DNA from: Macrostomum lignano
Lineage: Eukaryota
NCBI GenBank assembly: GCA_002269645.1
Contig: NIVC01001483.1
Coordinates: 62,001 to 126,000, forward strand
Reading direction: 5' to 3'
DNA length: 64,000 bases
Positions 23,205 through 35,349 of this stretch are shown piece after piece (positions within the stretch are counted from its first letter, which is position 1; each line of letters starts with the position of its first letter). The position numbers and the translations under genes are program-made. The notes below the pieces were generated by a model. The model was given only the letters and a program-made list of their open reading frames with translations. It did not search any database and was not told where the DNA came from.

Positions 23205-23603
23205 TAGAGGTCAGACAGGATTGAAATCTTCGGGCGGGATCGGGATCGGGAATAATTTTTTTCTCGGGATCGGGATCGGGATCGGGATTCGGGAATCGGG
23301 ATCAGGTCTTTTAGTGTATTGTCCATGTAAAGTTAAACAAAATTGAGAAAAGATTATCAAGATCAAGAAGTAAAACACAACAAAATTGATATGAAGTTTT
23401 GTAACCAACAAAGTAAACAATGTAACAAGTACAAGTTAAAGCAAAATACCTACAAGTAATCACTAATTCTGTAAATTATTAATCGAAAGACCTGTTCCCG
23501 AATCTCGAGTTTTTTAGGGTCGGGATTCTGGTCCCGCGGGAATTCAATTTTCCTCGGGATCCCGAGATTTCGGGATCGGGATCGGGATCCCGTCCGACCT
23601 CTA
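23205..23603. mobile_element. hAT-type MITE (399 bp)
   Basis: TIR TAGAGGTCAGACAGGAT / ATCCCGTCCGACCTCTA; 8-bp TSD ATTGCTAT; subterminal CGGGAT repeats. Confidence 0.85.
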
Positions 23604-24319
23604 ATTGCTATTATTGGTTTGTGATGGGTTATAGAGTTAGATAAGTGAGAATTGTCCCAAAATTAGTCATTAATAAGACAAGTAAGTGGCTCAAAGCAAT
23701 TGCAAGTCAACTAGGGCAACTTAAAAAATATCTTATAAATAGTTCTTTTATAATTCAAATTGAATGAAAAAATGAGGAGCTTGGCTTATTCACCCACCTG
23801 GCCCACTCACCAGTTGTTTTCTTGTGGCCCTGTCCTATTAGCTCTCCTTATCTTACCCCTCCTTAGCACTAGGGGTCCCAAATCCTGGACATTTTACAAT
23901 CCCAGGATCCTGGACAAAAAGTTGACCCAATTCCGGGATCCTAGGCCAATCCCAGGATTAAACAAACAAATTTACAAAAAGCTTTCCATTGTCCACAAAA
24001 CAATTTCTCAACCAATTTGAGCATCATTTAAATTTCTACTTTCTATTTCTAGCTTATACTGCATTGATAAAATAGTTGGTTATTTTATTTCATTTTATTT
24101 AACCTCAGATTAGGATTGTTATCGCTGCACTAGTGTCTCTCTGCCTTAACACAGACCACTTGACACACACAGAGGCTTAAAAACAGAATCCAGTCCCTAC
24201 CCCACCCCCTTTTTCTATCCCTTTTCTTTTCTTCAGCTACGCCTGTGCCTTGCGGCAGGGCCTAGGCTAGTAGGCCTAGTGTCTGGCCATCGCCACTTGA
24301 CTTAGGCAGTTAGAGTGAG

Positions 24320-24717
24320 CAGGGATCAGCAAACCTTTTACTTTAAGGGCCAGATAGAGAACCCAGTGCATGACTGCCGGCCAGAGGGGAGAGAGAAGAG
24401 GAGACAAGAGGAGAAATGAAATAGAAGAGAGGGAGAAAATAGAGTAGAAAATGAAGAGGAAAAGGGAGATAAGATAAGAAGAAAGAGGAGAGGAGAAAAG
24501 AGATGATATGAGAAGAGAAGACAGGCAGGAGATGAGAGGAGAGGAAAGAAGAGAAGAGACAAGAGAAGGGAGAGTAGAGAGCTGAGAAGAAATACGAGTA
24601 TAAAAATTGTAGGCCAAATTGCTATTGTGAAGTTTCAAAGGACCCAAGGGCTTGATAAAGAGACTTTGTAGGCTGCATGTGCCATGTGGCCCACAGGCCA
24701 GAGTTTGCCAACCCCTG
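24320..24717 (+). mobile_element. hAT-like MITE with internal purine-rich tract
   Basis: Ends CAGGGATCAGCAAAC...GTTTGCCAACCCCTG; related copies at 5160-6917 and 38498-39330; no TSD found. Confidence 0.6.
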
Positions 24718-24892
24718 AACTAGAGTCTAGACTAGAGTCTAGTGACTATTAGTGCTTAATACAGTTGATTGATAATCACTTCATTCTCAGGATACAAAAA
24801 TTCTCTTAAAACTGTTAAATGCTAACTACAAGATGAAAAATATTCACATTTTGCAGTGTGAATTCCAATCCCATGCTTACTAGGATCCCAGT

Positions 24893-25187
24893 CATACATG
24901 CGCAATAGTCGGCCAAGTCGGCCGATCCGGCCAACTGATTTGGCGGCCAACCAAGGATGTCGCAAAAATGCCCACCTGAAAAAATACCAAAGTAGCAGTA
25001 CTAAGTAGCTGACGAGGCATTTTGACTTAATAAGACAGGCATAGTTACTCCTGCCATTTACACAGTTGCGTTTATTTTGCATTAGGGTTTTTTGCATGTA
25101 AGTTGCATTTTTGGCCAAAAACTATGTCACATTTTTGTTAGAACTAAGTTGCATGGCCAACTGAATTTTGGAGGTTACGCATGTATG
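24893..25187. mobile_element. 295-bp MITE (CATACATGCG TIR)
   Basis: 8-bp TSD ATCCCAGT; an inverted second copy lies at 37027-37323. Confidence 0.85.
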
Positions 25188-25429
25188 ATCCCAGTCCCTT
25201 AATCCTGGGATCCTGAACACTAACAAAAAGCCGGGATCCCAGGATCATTGGGACCCCTACTTAGCACCATCCAATCCTATAGCATAATATCCTACCACTA
25301 ATACCAAAAGCTATCCTAGGGCTCTCTATCTAATCTAGTGTCTAATCTTACTTATTTGCTACCACCAAGTTATTAAAAGGGCTTAATTCATATGCTCTCT
25401 TAGTTATTATACTTATTGCATATATATTG

Positions 25430-25930
25430 CAATAATCCTTGGTTTATCAAAGTGCAATAATCCTTGGCTTATCAAGTGCAATAATCGATGGCTTATCAAG
25501 TGCAATAATCCTTGGTTTATCAAGCGCAGTAATCTTTGGCTTATCAAGTGCAATAATCTTTGGTTTATCAAGTGCAGTAATCTTTGGCTTATCAAGTGCA
25601 ATAATCCTTGGTGTATCAAATGCAATAATCTTTGGCTTATCAAGTGCAATAATCCTTCGTTTATCAAGCGCAGTAATCTTTGGCTTATCAAGTGCAATAA
25701 TCTTTGGTTTATCAAGCGCAGTAATCTTTGGCTTATCAAGTGAAATAATCATTGGCTTATCAAGTGCAATAATCCTTGGTTTATCAAGTGCAAAAATCTT
25801 TACAGTAATCCTTGGTTTATCAAGTGCAATATTATTTGGTTTATCAGGCGCAGTAATTCTTGGTTTATCAAGTGCAAAATTCCTTGGCTTATCAAGTGCA
25901 GTAATCCTTGGTTTATCTAGCGCCATAATT
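25430..25930. repeat. 24-nt tandem repeat, ~20 copies
   Basis: Unit ATAATCCTTGGTTTATCAAGTGCA with variants. Confidence 0.9.
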
Positions 25931-25974
25931 TAGGTCTTTTTAATTAGTTTTTTAATAAAAGCTAATAAAAAGTA

Positions 25975-27575
25975 CAAGACATTCTTAGAATACAAAGTAG
26001 AAGAGATTTTTAGAATAGAAAGTAGAAGACATTCTTCGAATAGAAAGTAAAAAAGATTCTTAGAATACAAAGTAGAAGACATTCTTCGAATAGAAAGTAG
26101 AAGACATTCTTAGAATACAAAGTAGAATTCATTCTAAGAATACAAAGTAGAAGAGATTCTTAGAATAGAAAGTAGAAGACATTCTTAGAATAGAAAGTAG
26201 AAGACATTCTCAGAATGCAAAAGTAGAAGAGATTCTTCGAATACAAAGTAGAAGAGATTCTTAGAATACAAAGTAGAAGAGATTCTTAGAATACAAAGTA
26301 GAAGAGATTCTTAGAATAGAAAGTAGAAGAGATTCTTAGAATAGAAAGTAGAAGACATTCTTAGAATAGAAAGTAGAAGACATTCTTAGAATACAAAGTA
26401 GAAGACATTCTTAGAATCAACAAAGTAGAAGAGATTCTTAGAATACAAAGTAGAAGACATTTTTAGAATGCAAAGTAGAAGCCATTCTTCGAATAGAAAG
26501 TAGAAGAGATTCTTAGAATACAAAGTAGAAGAGATTCTTAGAATAGAAAGTAGAAGACATTTTTAGAATGCAAAGTAGAAGACATTCTTGGAATAGAAAG
26601 TAGAAAAGATTCTTAGAATACAAAGTAGAAGACATTCTTCGAATAGAAAGTAGAAGAGATTCTTAGAATACAAAGTAGAAGAGATTCTTAGAATACAAAG
26701 TAGAAGAGATTCTTAGAATACAAAGTAGAAGAGATTCTTAGAATACAAAGTAGAAGAGATTCTTAGAATACAAAGTAGAAGAGATTCTTAGAATAGAAGG
26801 TAGAAGACATTCTTAGAATACAGAGTAGAAGACATTCTTAGAATACAAAGTAGAAGACATTCTTAGAATACAAAGTAGAAGACATTATTCGAATAGAAAG
26901 TAGAAGAGATTCTTAGAATACAAAGTAGAAGAGATTCTTAGAATACAAAGTAGAAAAGATTCTTAGAATAGAAAGTAGAAGAGATTCTTAGAATAGAAAG
27001 TAGAAGACATTCTTAGAATAGAAAGTAGAAGACATTCTTAGAATACAAAGTAGAAGACATTCTTAGAATCAACAAAGTAGAAGAGATTCTTAGAATACAA
27101 AGTAGAAGACATTTTTAGAATGCAAAGTAGAAGCCATTCTTCGAATAGAAAGTAGAAGAGATTCTTAGAATACAAAGTAGAAGACATTCTTAGAATACAA
27201 AGTAGAAGAGATTCTTAGAATAGAAAGTAGAAGACATTTTTAGAATGCAAAGTAGAAGACATTCTTCGAATAGAAAGTAGAAAAGATTCTTAGAATACAA
27301 AGTAGAAGACATTCTTCGAATAGAAAGTAGAAGAGATTCTTAGAATACAAAGTAGAAGACATTCTTAGAATACAAAGTAGAATTCATTCTAAGAATACAA
27401 AGTAGAAGAGATTCTTAGAATAGAAAGTAGAAGACATTCTTAGAATAGAAAGTAGAAGACATTCTCAGAATGCAAAAGTAGAAGAGATTCTTTGAATACA
27501 AAGTAGAAGACATTCTTAGAATACAAAGTAGAAGACATTGTTAGAATGCAAAAGTAGAAGAGATTCTTAGAATAG
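25975..27575. repeat. 25-nt minisatellite, ~64 copies, with higher-order structure
   Basis: Unit ATTCTTAGAATACAAAGTAGAAGAG. Rare variants recur ~650 and ~1255 bp apart. Confidence 0.92.
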
Positions 27576-27599
27576 ATTTATATATTCAACACTCACACC

Positions 27600-28094
27600 A
27601 CGTCAATTGAGTTCAAGTCACACGAAAAGTTAGGATATAATCAATTTCTTAGGCAAGTCAGTACCAGTCTCTATTAAAGTTAGCAATATGGTTACGCAAT
27701 ATAAATTAAGTGTTGTGCTATGCTTCCACACTGCGTTTTCAATACTGTGACGCAATTCAATTCAGTGTCAAAATTCAGCCAGTACACAGACAATAAATAA
27801 AAAGCCTATTGTGATGATGCAATCTATTTCAGAATCAGAATTCAACCAGTCAGTTTTTTCTCTAGCATTCTTACAATGCATTTCAAGTCGAAAAGTTTGC
27901 TTGACCTTTGCAAAAAAGCATGTTTTTCGAATATTTAATCCCTTTAGCATTTAGAAATTTCTTAGCCAAGATACATGTACCGTCCCGGGAAAATTTCTGA
28001 TCGAACAGTGCAAATTTGAACAAAATCGGTTGAGCCTTTTGGGAGATAATCGATTTCGTACAAACAAACAAACATCACATTTTTAGTAAATGGA
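27600..28094 (-). mobile_element. Helitron 5'-end fragment
   Basis: Minus strand starts TCCATTTACTAAAAATGTGATGTTTGTTTGT; homologous to ~36140-36606. Confidence 0.6.
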
Positions 28095-28309
28095 CTAGCA
28101 ATCTAATGCCCCTCTCCGGGGCACCCAATAATCAAGAGACAAAACTTATTTAAGAATCCTTGAAAATAAAAGCACTTTGTCTTAAAAGCATCCCTTTTTA
28201 ATCATTTTAATCATTTACACTTTACATGGGTCTTTGCGAATTTAATAACGCTTGATTGAATTTTAGCAACACAGGGATATCCCATGTGTATTACTATAAT
28301 GGTACATAA

Positions 28310-28410
28310 TGCCAAAGTGAGTGTCTACATTGCCAAAATGAGTATCTTTGGTGCCAAAATGAGTGTCTGTAGCACCAAAATGAGTGTCTGTGGCACCAAA
28401 ATGAGTACTT
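28310..28410. repeat. ~21-nt tandem repeat (CCAAAATGAGTGTCT core), ~5 copies
   Basis: Direct reading. Confidence 0.7.
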
Positions 28411-29587
28411 GCGGCGCTGGAATGAGTGCCTGCAACTTGGAATGGGTGCCTGCGACGCCAGGATAAGCGCCGACAACACCGATTCTCAAAATAATGTAGG
28501 AATGCACATGTAGAATACTGGGCTTTGTCTCCTCCACCATAAATTCCACAGCCATGCCTCTGAATAAATATTTTGACCTTAGAGGTTTGCAACACTCCTT
28601 TTCTGTATTTTGCATCTATTCTTGACTCTGCCTTTGCTAAAATACAAGTACTTTCTCTGCTTTCAGCAATAATCCCATCTAAATAGAATCTTAAGTTAGA
28701 TCGCTTCATCTCATTCATACGAGTGTGTTTTTGTTAGTCTTTCTTTTGCTTTAAGATTTTCTGTTCTACTCTATTTCCTTAGCCTTTATGCTTTGCCTCA
28801 TTCTATTTGTATTTGCTTCACCAAAGATTAAGAAATGAAGTAAGACAAAAGCTTCATTCAGGGCCTTTGCCTTAGTTAAAATTGACATATTGTGAGTTTC
28901 GTATATTATTCAATATTCAAAGAAAAGACAAAGGCCCTGTCGCAAGTTGATGCAAATAGTTTTTTAATGAACTTACAGTCCACAGTCGCTACAGGTGACT
29001 TAAGATATTTTGGATTTTTGCAAAAAGACTGCCACTCGTAAGTTTGTGTGAAAAATCACTCTAAACTTTAAGTTTTTGCGAACCTTGGAAAACTAAAAAC
29101 AAAATTGTTTTTTCTTTTGCATAAATTTGCGATACAAAATAGGTAAAGTTTTTACGCGAATTGTAATGAAGTTTCAGGTAAAAAATAAAAAAGAAAATTT
29201 ACTGCTCATCAAAGACATAATTCTTCAAAGCAGTGCAAAAGATTTGCTTCAGAAGTTAATTTTGGCTAATACTGTATGAAAGTGCCTTAAAATACACATT
29301 AACTGTAAAGTGCAAATGGACTGTAAAAGATATTACAAGTAATAAAATAAGCCTAACTGAGCTTCAAAATATAGTTCATCAGCGATTAGCTCATACTTAC
29401 TGCCATGCAATATCTACGCTTTGTTAGAATGAGGTTAGGGCAATAAGTTTCCTGCGATTCTTTTAGAAATGAGAGCTATTGAGAGCTATTGTTTTAGAGA
29501 TATGGCAAAATTAATATTCTATTTTTCCTTAAAAATAAATGAATATACTTTCTAGCCTTTTGCACAAGGAAAATTATTGCTCACCCC

Positions 29588-32500
29588 TCATTTTTTCTCA
29601 TTTTTTCCCCGTGGCGGGTTGATGTTCCTGAGAAGCACTACTGGCATACCCACTTTCAGCCTCAGCAAGTGAATCGGAAAGTTCGGGGCATCCAGCTGGT
29701 TGAGCAACTTAGGCGGGAAGTGCGTAGCGGCATCCTCATTGGCCACAGTGTCTATTGAGCGGTACTCTCGCAGGCTGCTGGGGAACATGCCCAGGCACGT
29801 CTCGTTGATAGCATCCACCAAGTCATTGTATGGCGCCAGGATCGCTCGGCTTGCAAAGTAGCCATCCCTCTCCACTGACACCTCAAACTATGGGTACACA
29901 AAATTTATCAGATCATTGAGCGGCGCCTCCGCAGAAATGATGATATCAGCAGGAAGAGACACTTTCTCCTCTGCATCCTGCTCAATTGTTCCAGATCCGA
30001 TCTGGGAAGTTAAAAGTCGAATATTTAAAACGCTAGACACACTTTGAGCTAGGCATTCTTAAATAAGTCACAATTTTAAAAAATGGAGCTCTCAATACAA
30101 AAGAAACTGAATATCCTTAAATCTTCCAATAAATAAACTGATGAAAACAAACTTACCTGCTTGAGTAGCTCAGTGTATCTCAAATACGTTGCAGAATCGG
30201 AACTGCTCAGCAATTGGATGTTTCTTGTAAGGTGATGCTGCCATAAAAATTTCCACAGCGGGGATCTGCTGACACACGCCATGACACTGTTGGCTCGAGT
30301 CTGGTGCACCACAATGGGCAGCAGCTGGCGAAAGTCACCAGCGCAAATGAAAATGACTCCGCCAAATGGCATGTCCTGCTTCCGCACGCAAGCACTGGTC
30401 AACGGCCTTGAAATCCTTCCGGTTTGTCATAGAAATCTCGTCCCAGACAATTAGACGCACTGTCCGAAATTCAGCAGCCTGTTTGGACTGTGCTTCAATA
30501 GTGCACACATCTTTGCTTGAGCAGATCGCTCGGATTAGTATCTTGAACCTGGCGTGGGCAAATAGTTTCAGCAATTCGAGCATATTTACAGCACATGAAA
30601 TATTTACTGCTGATTATTGAAATATTGAGAATAAATTACTCACGTGGAATGCACAGTTTGTCCACCTGGCAACAGAGTTGCTGCAATTCCAGAAGCCGCA
30701 ACAGCAAGGGTGACTTCACCCTGGCTGCACACAAAGGCTAGCAGAAACTCCAGCAGGAAGGTTTTGCCAGTGCCAGCAGGTGTGTCCAGGAAGTGCAAGC
30801 TGCTAGTGCCATCCACAAGATTCTGAGTCACGGACTCGTACACCACTTTCTGCTCATCTGTCAGCATTGGTAAGCGCGCCTCAGTATCAGTGCTTGCTCA
30901 ACCGTATCAAACTGCATTGGTCCATCTTGAGGTATCACGGAGGCCGCAGGCAGGCACCTCTGGCAGGCTTCTCCTGCCCATGGAGATCAGCATGCTCTGA
31001 AGCTCACGTAGCACCAGGTCAGTAATCTCCTCAGTGCTCAAGTCTCGGTTGTGGAACCGCAGGTCCTCGCTGAGATCCTTGGCAAAACTGCACCAGAGGT
31101 CACTGCCATCTTCAGGCTCGCCCCATATGAGAATGACAGCCAGAAGATGTCTCAGGGCTCTTGGCATTCTTGACTGAACGGCTTCAGCTAGACACCGCCG
31201 CCACTGATCATCTTGCTGTAGCAGGCCAAGGGCCATGCAAGCAGCCTTGGCACTCGGATGCACAACGCCATCCACAGTCTGCAGCGCCTCAAAGCTAGTT
31301 GGTCCTCTAACATTCAAAAGGAGCATTCAAATGTAAAATAAATCACCTGCTCTTGGACTCACTGTGTACATGTGTGCAATGTTTTTGTTCCACACTACAC
31401 CCGGATGGCCATCGACTCGCGTACCCTGCTTGGCCTGCCACCACTCTTTTTCACTGGAGTGCCACACAAAGTAGGACAGCACCTCCATGTAGAGCAAGGA
31501 CTGAGCAAACTCGTCAGTATGGCACAGCTTGAAAAATGCCGTTAATGTCAAATCCTTTGGCGTTCTCGCTTTTGCTCTTGCGGTCCCCTTGTTGAAATAC
31601 TTGTGAACGCAGAGTCGGATGACCACCGGAAATCTGTTGTGCACCTGATCAGAAGGTGGGAGAGAAAAAAAATTGCTTTTAAGTTTCAATGGAAATTCAA
31701 TTTATACTATGACGAAGTGTTTCCAGCTCTGGTTAAAATAAGCCAACAATAATTAGAATGCAAATTACTTCAAAGCCCAAAATGGTATTCATGGCTTCCA
31801 TTGGACCAATGTAGCGCACGGACAGGTACTCCTTAATCTCATCACGCGGCTCATTTCCTGTCCTTTGTGTCGGCTGCTGGTCACCCATTGCCTGCTTTCT
31901 CGGTTCAGTTGGATTCCTATTTGCATCAACTTTGAACGTCGCCATGTCGCTACCCTTTAGCAAGTACTTGATCATGTACTTGACCAACTTCACAGTGGCG
32001 CAAACTTCGACATTCAAGTGGCATGCAAATGGAGCAACAGGTCAGGGCTGTATGGAACAACCCACCTGTTTCAATGAAAAAATAATATCATTTACTTTTA
32101 GAAACAAAAGCAGCAATGCACAACTAAGCAATATATTAGTGTTTAAACTCCCCTATTGTCCATGCGAATGCTACGGCCTTTTAACAGTTTGTCCACTGTA
32201 AATTGGCCCATCTCAGGCGACAGTCTAAGGTACAGTGGGTAGCCAGTATCGCTAGTCAGCATCACCTGCTGAAACTCTTTCGGAAAGCCCTTGCTGCATT
32301 CGCCATTCTCTATGCAAAGACTCGCATCTTAAAAGTTTGATTCTTGCAAGTCTCACCAAGAAGAATTTATTGTAAGAATTTATACTCACCACACTTTTGG
32401 TACTCCTGTGAGCAAACGTGAGCGGCCTCTTTCCTATAGCACTTGGTCAACTAGGCCAGCAGAGCTATCTTCTTCATTTCAAAGACTTGGCTAACAATGT

Positions 32501-33700
32501 TGGGCCAGTCTTTTGCCCGCTGTCTAGGCAGAAGCTGAGTGCTGATCTCCGGCTATTTTGGATTGCATGTTGCCGTGACAAACAGGTCTAGCTTACCAAA
32601 CTTGTGAACATAGGTCATAGCGTCCTGTAGCCTCTCCATCAGGTACCTTGGCCCGCCAACGAAGCTCGAAGACAGAAGCACATGCGCGGGCTTGCCTATG
32701 TCACTCGGATCTCTGTCAATAGACCTGCCATCAGCCGCAAACAAAGTGTCCCACAGACTGCTGTACGTCTCGCTGCGCAGGTCCTGCTAATGGGTCCGCA
32801 AATACAGCAGCCTCTCTGCCTCAATCTTGGCACACATGTCTACTAGGTACTGCTAAAATAATCTTCAACCATAGTGCAGCACACTGAACTGGCCTGCTCG
32901 CACCATGATTTCGCTCGCATAGTATTTCATGGGTGTCAATTCAGCAACTCTTCAGCAACTCCGGGTGCCAGCCATCTTCACCATTTGGGAACAGCAGCAC
33001 ATACTCCAGCGGGTCATATGAGTGGTGCGTCTCACTGATTCGCTGTAAACTGCCTCCACGCAGCTGAATCACGACGTCCCGACTGGCCGGTGTGTTCTCA
33101 TTGTCCTCAACGATCAGGATACCAACCTCGTTTACTGTAGGCAAGTTGTAGTGCCTGATTTCAAATGGATTTTGTGGGATACAAAGTCTGTACAAATAGG
33201 ATAATTGGATGCTTTATTACGCAAAATATGTTATTACAGTGTCTTGCAGACATACCAAATGTGTTCCCCAGATGGTTGACAGTCAGGGTGAATCACGATT
33301 CGCACATCTCCCAACTCCGGATCTTGGCTGATTCGATGAGCGACTGCCCTCAGGCTGTGGACATAGCCGTTGCACTCGTGAAGCAGCATCTGCAGCAGCT
33401 CCAGTAGCTCCAGCTTTACCTTCTGGCTGAGACTCTGGCAGCTTTCAAGTTCGCGATCATTGAAATACACCTGCCAGCCATGGGGCTCAGCTGAATCTTC
33501 TGCAAACAGCGGTGCCATGTTGTAATGCAACTGGCCGCTGATGATGAATCTGGGATACCAGCCTGGCACCAACTGCAGTTTGGCACCCAGCGATGTCAGG
33601 TGCAGCGCTGAGTTGTAACTGAATATTGGTCAGGAACTTGGCACTCATTCTGTGCCGCCCCATGTACAGATCCGCTAGCACTTAAGGCACAGTGCAGCTG
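29588..33700 (-). pseudogene. Helitron Rep/PIF1 helicase, multi-exon, disrupted
   Basis: SSFVGGPRY, DLFVTATCNP, GYPLY, NVEVCA.VK..KY..KGSD, PAGTGKT, VWDEISM, GDFRQLLP and LKVGMPVVLLRN motifs; stops and frameshifts; GT-AG intron ~30157-30003. Confidence 0.88.
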
Positions 33701-33957
33701 GGCAGCTTTACCTTGCCTTTGGTGCAGCAGAAATTCCTCGTTTCAGAGCACCAAAATAATGGACCGCATTGGTCGCATGCTCTATCCATTGGGCCACAGT
33801 TATGGGCTGGCTCTTCAGGCCTGATAATCCATTTTGGCCTGTGATGGGAAGGATTAATAGTAAACAGTTTTCCCAGTTAATCTTTCAGTTTACAAAAAAT
33901 GTATTAGAATATGACAAATAAACTATGATGACCAGTCACACTAATGACCTACCTCTC

Positions 33958-34460
33958 CTAAGCAGGTCTTGCACCAAAATGACCTGCACTCTGCTGAGTT
34001 AATCTTGGCTCCTCTGCATCTACAATGGGCTCAGAAACTAGAATCGGATTAGCAAATCGCAATGACTCATAATGCTCATGGCACAAAAGAATTTGGACAC
34101 TTGCAATCAGTGGCTGCATGGGAGACATAAAGTGCTGCAATACACTTCCATTCACTTGATAAATCACCAGATCAACATTAAAATAATGGCTTAAAAGCAG
34201 AACAACTTCATCAGGCACATATGTGCCTTTGGAAAAAGAGGAATAAACAATGAAATCAGCATTTTCTGGCAAAACAAAGCCTTGTTCAATCAATTCTGAC
34301 ATAAGCTGCACTACACGGCTTGTCAGATCATCTCAAAGATGCTGCATTGGTCTTAAGAGGAGTGCCCTGCAACTGGTCACACACTGCATGAAAAAAAACA
34401 GTTCCTATCACCAGGAATTCTAATTATGTGCAATGCATCAAAAGGTACCACAGATAGTGT
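33958..34460 (-). pseudogene. OTU-type cysteine protease exons of the Helitron
   Basis: PGDRNCFF (catalytic Cys context) and HEHYESL (catalytic His context). Confidence 0.6.
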
Positions 34461-34921
34461 AACCAACTCACTACATGTACTGACAAACCTGAAATATGGG
34501 AAATAAATTGTACACATCTTAAAATATTGACGAATGTATTTTATGCCATTATACTTTTTATAAGCCAGTCTATAATGTAATAGCATTAAAATCAAAGATT
34601 TTTAGAAAACAAAATTTTCATCAGTAAAATATTCTTAAAATCAATTTTCATATATCAACATTCTTAGGAACCAATCGCCAAACTTTATATTCATAGAAAC
34701 CAGCCTCAAAACTTGGATCGCATAGGTACTATTCTTAGAAAGCAAAAACTTCTCTTAAATGTAAATTCTATTAATCTTATATAAAACTTAAAAACCGATC
34801 TCATAAGTACAAGCGTATAAAAAAAATTGCATGAAAAGATCTTAGAAACAGATTTTTCAGGCGCTCTTTAGGCACAATGGGCATATTGATTATCATTTAA
34901 CAATCACAATTATGGCTCAGA

Positions 34922-35349
34922 TTAAAATTCCATCCTACCTGCCAGTCTATACTCCTCAACGCCGAATTTGTTCGGCTTCCACTCAAGCTCGTTGTTGATC
35001 TTCGGTTTCCGAAGCGCGTTGCTTCTCTGCACGAGTTCTGTCTCCAGATCTACGCTCTTCTTGCTGAGCCTCAGTTTCAGTTGCCCTACACTCAGCCTCC
35101 TGCTGCCAGTGTCTAGCCAGATGCTCTTCCCACTGAGCCTCAGTTTCAGTTGCCCTTTGCTCAGCATTCTCCTGCCGGAGTCTTGTTAGACGCTCTTCCC
35201 GCTGAGCCTCAGTTTCAGTTGCCCTTCACTCAGCCAGCCTCCTGCTGCCGGTGTCCAGCCAGACGCTCTTCTCGCTGAACGGCACTCTCTTGCTAAGGCT
35301 TCTTGGCATCTCTGCTCTTCTTCAAAGCGCTGGTGCCACATCGAGTCAT
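34922..35349 (-). pseudogene. Helitron N-terminal charged-repeat region
   Basis: Repeated ETEAQ(R/W/Q)EE(R/H) units in a frame not listed in the ORF track; ATG at 35349. Confidence 0.5.

Larger units (their letters stand above)
23870..25259. mobile_element. hAT-type non-autonomous element hosting nested MITEs
   Basis: TIR TAGGGGTCCCAA / TTGGGACCCCTA; 8-bp TSD CTTAGCAC (23862-23869, 25260-25267). Confidence 0.85.

Noticed and set aside
25413-25933. ORFs of 108-164 aa with LDKPRI or GLSSAII repeats
   Set aside because: They arise because the 24-nt unit is a multiple of three and lacks stops in several frames; no coding context.
29550-29575. Alternative Helitron 3' end
   Set aside because: Weak AT-rich stem, and CTAG is followed by A on the element strand; the site at 28095 fits better.
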